From contig JAAILG010000356.1 of the NCBI GenBank assembly GCA_012026655.1, forward strand, positions 1 to 64,000: a stretch of DNA of 64,000 nt. Reading direction: 5' to 3'. The translations under genes and the position numbers were made by a program. This DNA comes from Hydrolagus affinis. Taxonomy: Eukaryota. Positions 63,229 to 64,000 of the stretch are shown here, in pieces. Below the pieces are notes generated by a model, which saw only the letters and a program-made list of their open reading frames with translations, did not search any database and was not told where the DNA came from. Within the stretch, counting starts at the first letter, position 1. Each line of letters starts with the position of its first letter.

Positions 63229-63480
63229 ATAATAATAGTCCTTGAATTTGATATAGCACCTTGCATGTTGGGAGGACATCTCAAAGTGCTTTACAGTAAA
63301 GTTTAGTGATTATATTTTCTAACTGAACACACCAGCCAATTTGCTCACAGCAATGAAGTGAATAATGAATATTTTCTTAAGGGGTTGGGGTGGTGGGGGT
63401 GGGATGGTGGTGGTGAGATGTATTGGAGGTGGCAATGTTGGCCAGTTGGCCAGCATACCAGGAGAAAATTCCTTCAGAAA
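63229..63480 (-). mobile_element. Deu-domain SINE with internal G-rich tract
   Basis: Tail tccttgaatttgatatagcacc...ggacatctcaaagtgctttacag and Deu part gttggccagcataccaggagaaa. Confidence 0.75.
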
Positions 63481-63861
63481 AATAAATCTATTGAGTTACA
63501 TAAAAAGAATCAGACCCTAACATTAACTATACTCAGACACTGTGTGTACAGAGCGTTTTGAGCTTAATCAATGGACTCCTTTCTGATACACATCAATCAG
63601 CTCCAATTCTAGAAGGGTACGATGAAATTTTAATGCGGTGCTCTAGTTCCAATAAAGATTTCCTGTCATATCACTAATAGAATAACTTGCAAAGAAAAAG
63701 AGGTCTAAAGGAAAGAATTATTGAAGAATAACTAGTTTTTCTTTCTTGATTTGGAATCCCTGAAGGGACATGTAAAGCTATCTATCCTTTATGTAGTTCA
63801 TCACCAATTCTGCACATTTCTGTCTGTTTTCTGTTGCGGAAATCAAAGATAGGTGGGAAAC

Positions 63862-63920
63862 AATACAAATATACAATTATCTAGCACTTCTCACATTGGG
63901 AGGACATCACAAGGGGCTTA
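63862..63920 (-). mobile_element. L2/SINE tail remnant
   Basis: tctagcacttctcacattgggaggacatcacaag. Confidence 0.5.
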
Positions 63921-64000
63921 AAAATAGTAGTTACTGGCTTGACGACTGAACTGGGAATGAGCACCATGGAATAATGCAAACGAAAACTGCAGTCAAAAAG

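Overview
AT-rich, CpG-depleted eukaryotic DNA with one 100-N scaffold gap. The repeat content points to a cartilaginous fish, most likely a chimaera such as Callorhinchus milii (inference). It includes tRNA-headed Deu-domain SINEs with L2-type 3' tails, plus L2, CR1, L1 and Penelope-like remnants. I recognise no host protein-coding gene; the ORF track is chance ORFs except a few decayed LINE ORF2 pieces. The window reads as a gene desert or large intron with about 35 retroposon fragments, three MITE-like DNA transposons and several repeat-free blocks resembling conserved non-coding enhancers (conservation not verifiable here). There is no prokaryote-type system (CRISPR, operon, phage). Best leads: (1) a minus-strand let-7 site with perfect seed, central loop and 9-nt perfect 3' pairing (TDMD/sponge-like), beside miR-137 and miR-200b/429 8mers in a possible terminal exon of an unrecognised spliced transcript; (2) a 73-nt G:U-rich hairpin; (3) a Penelope-like fold-back with a broken hammerhead; (4) an L1 relic lacking its RT domain; (5) an AmnSINE2-like element. 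Family names come from my recollection of consensus sequences, not database searches, and repeat boundaries are approximate.
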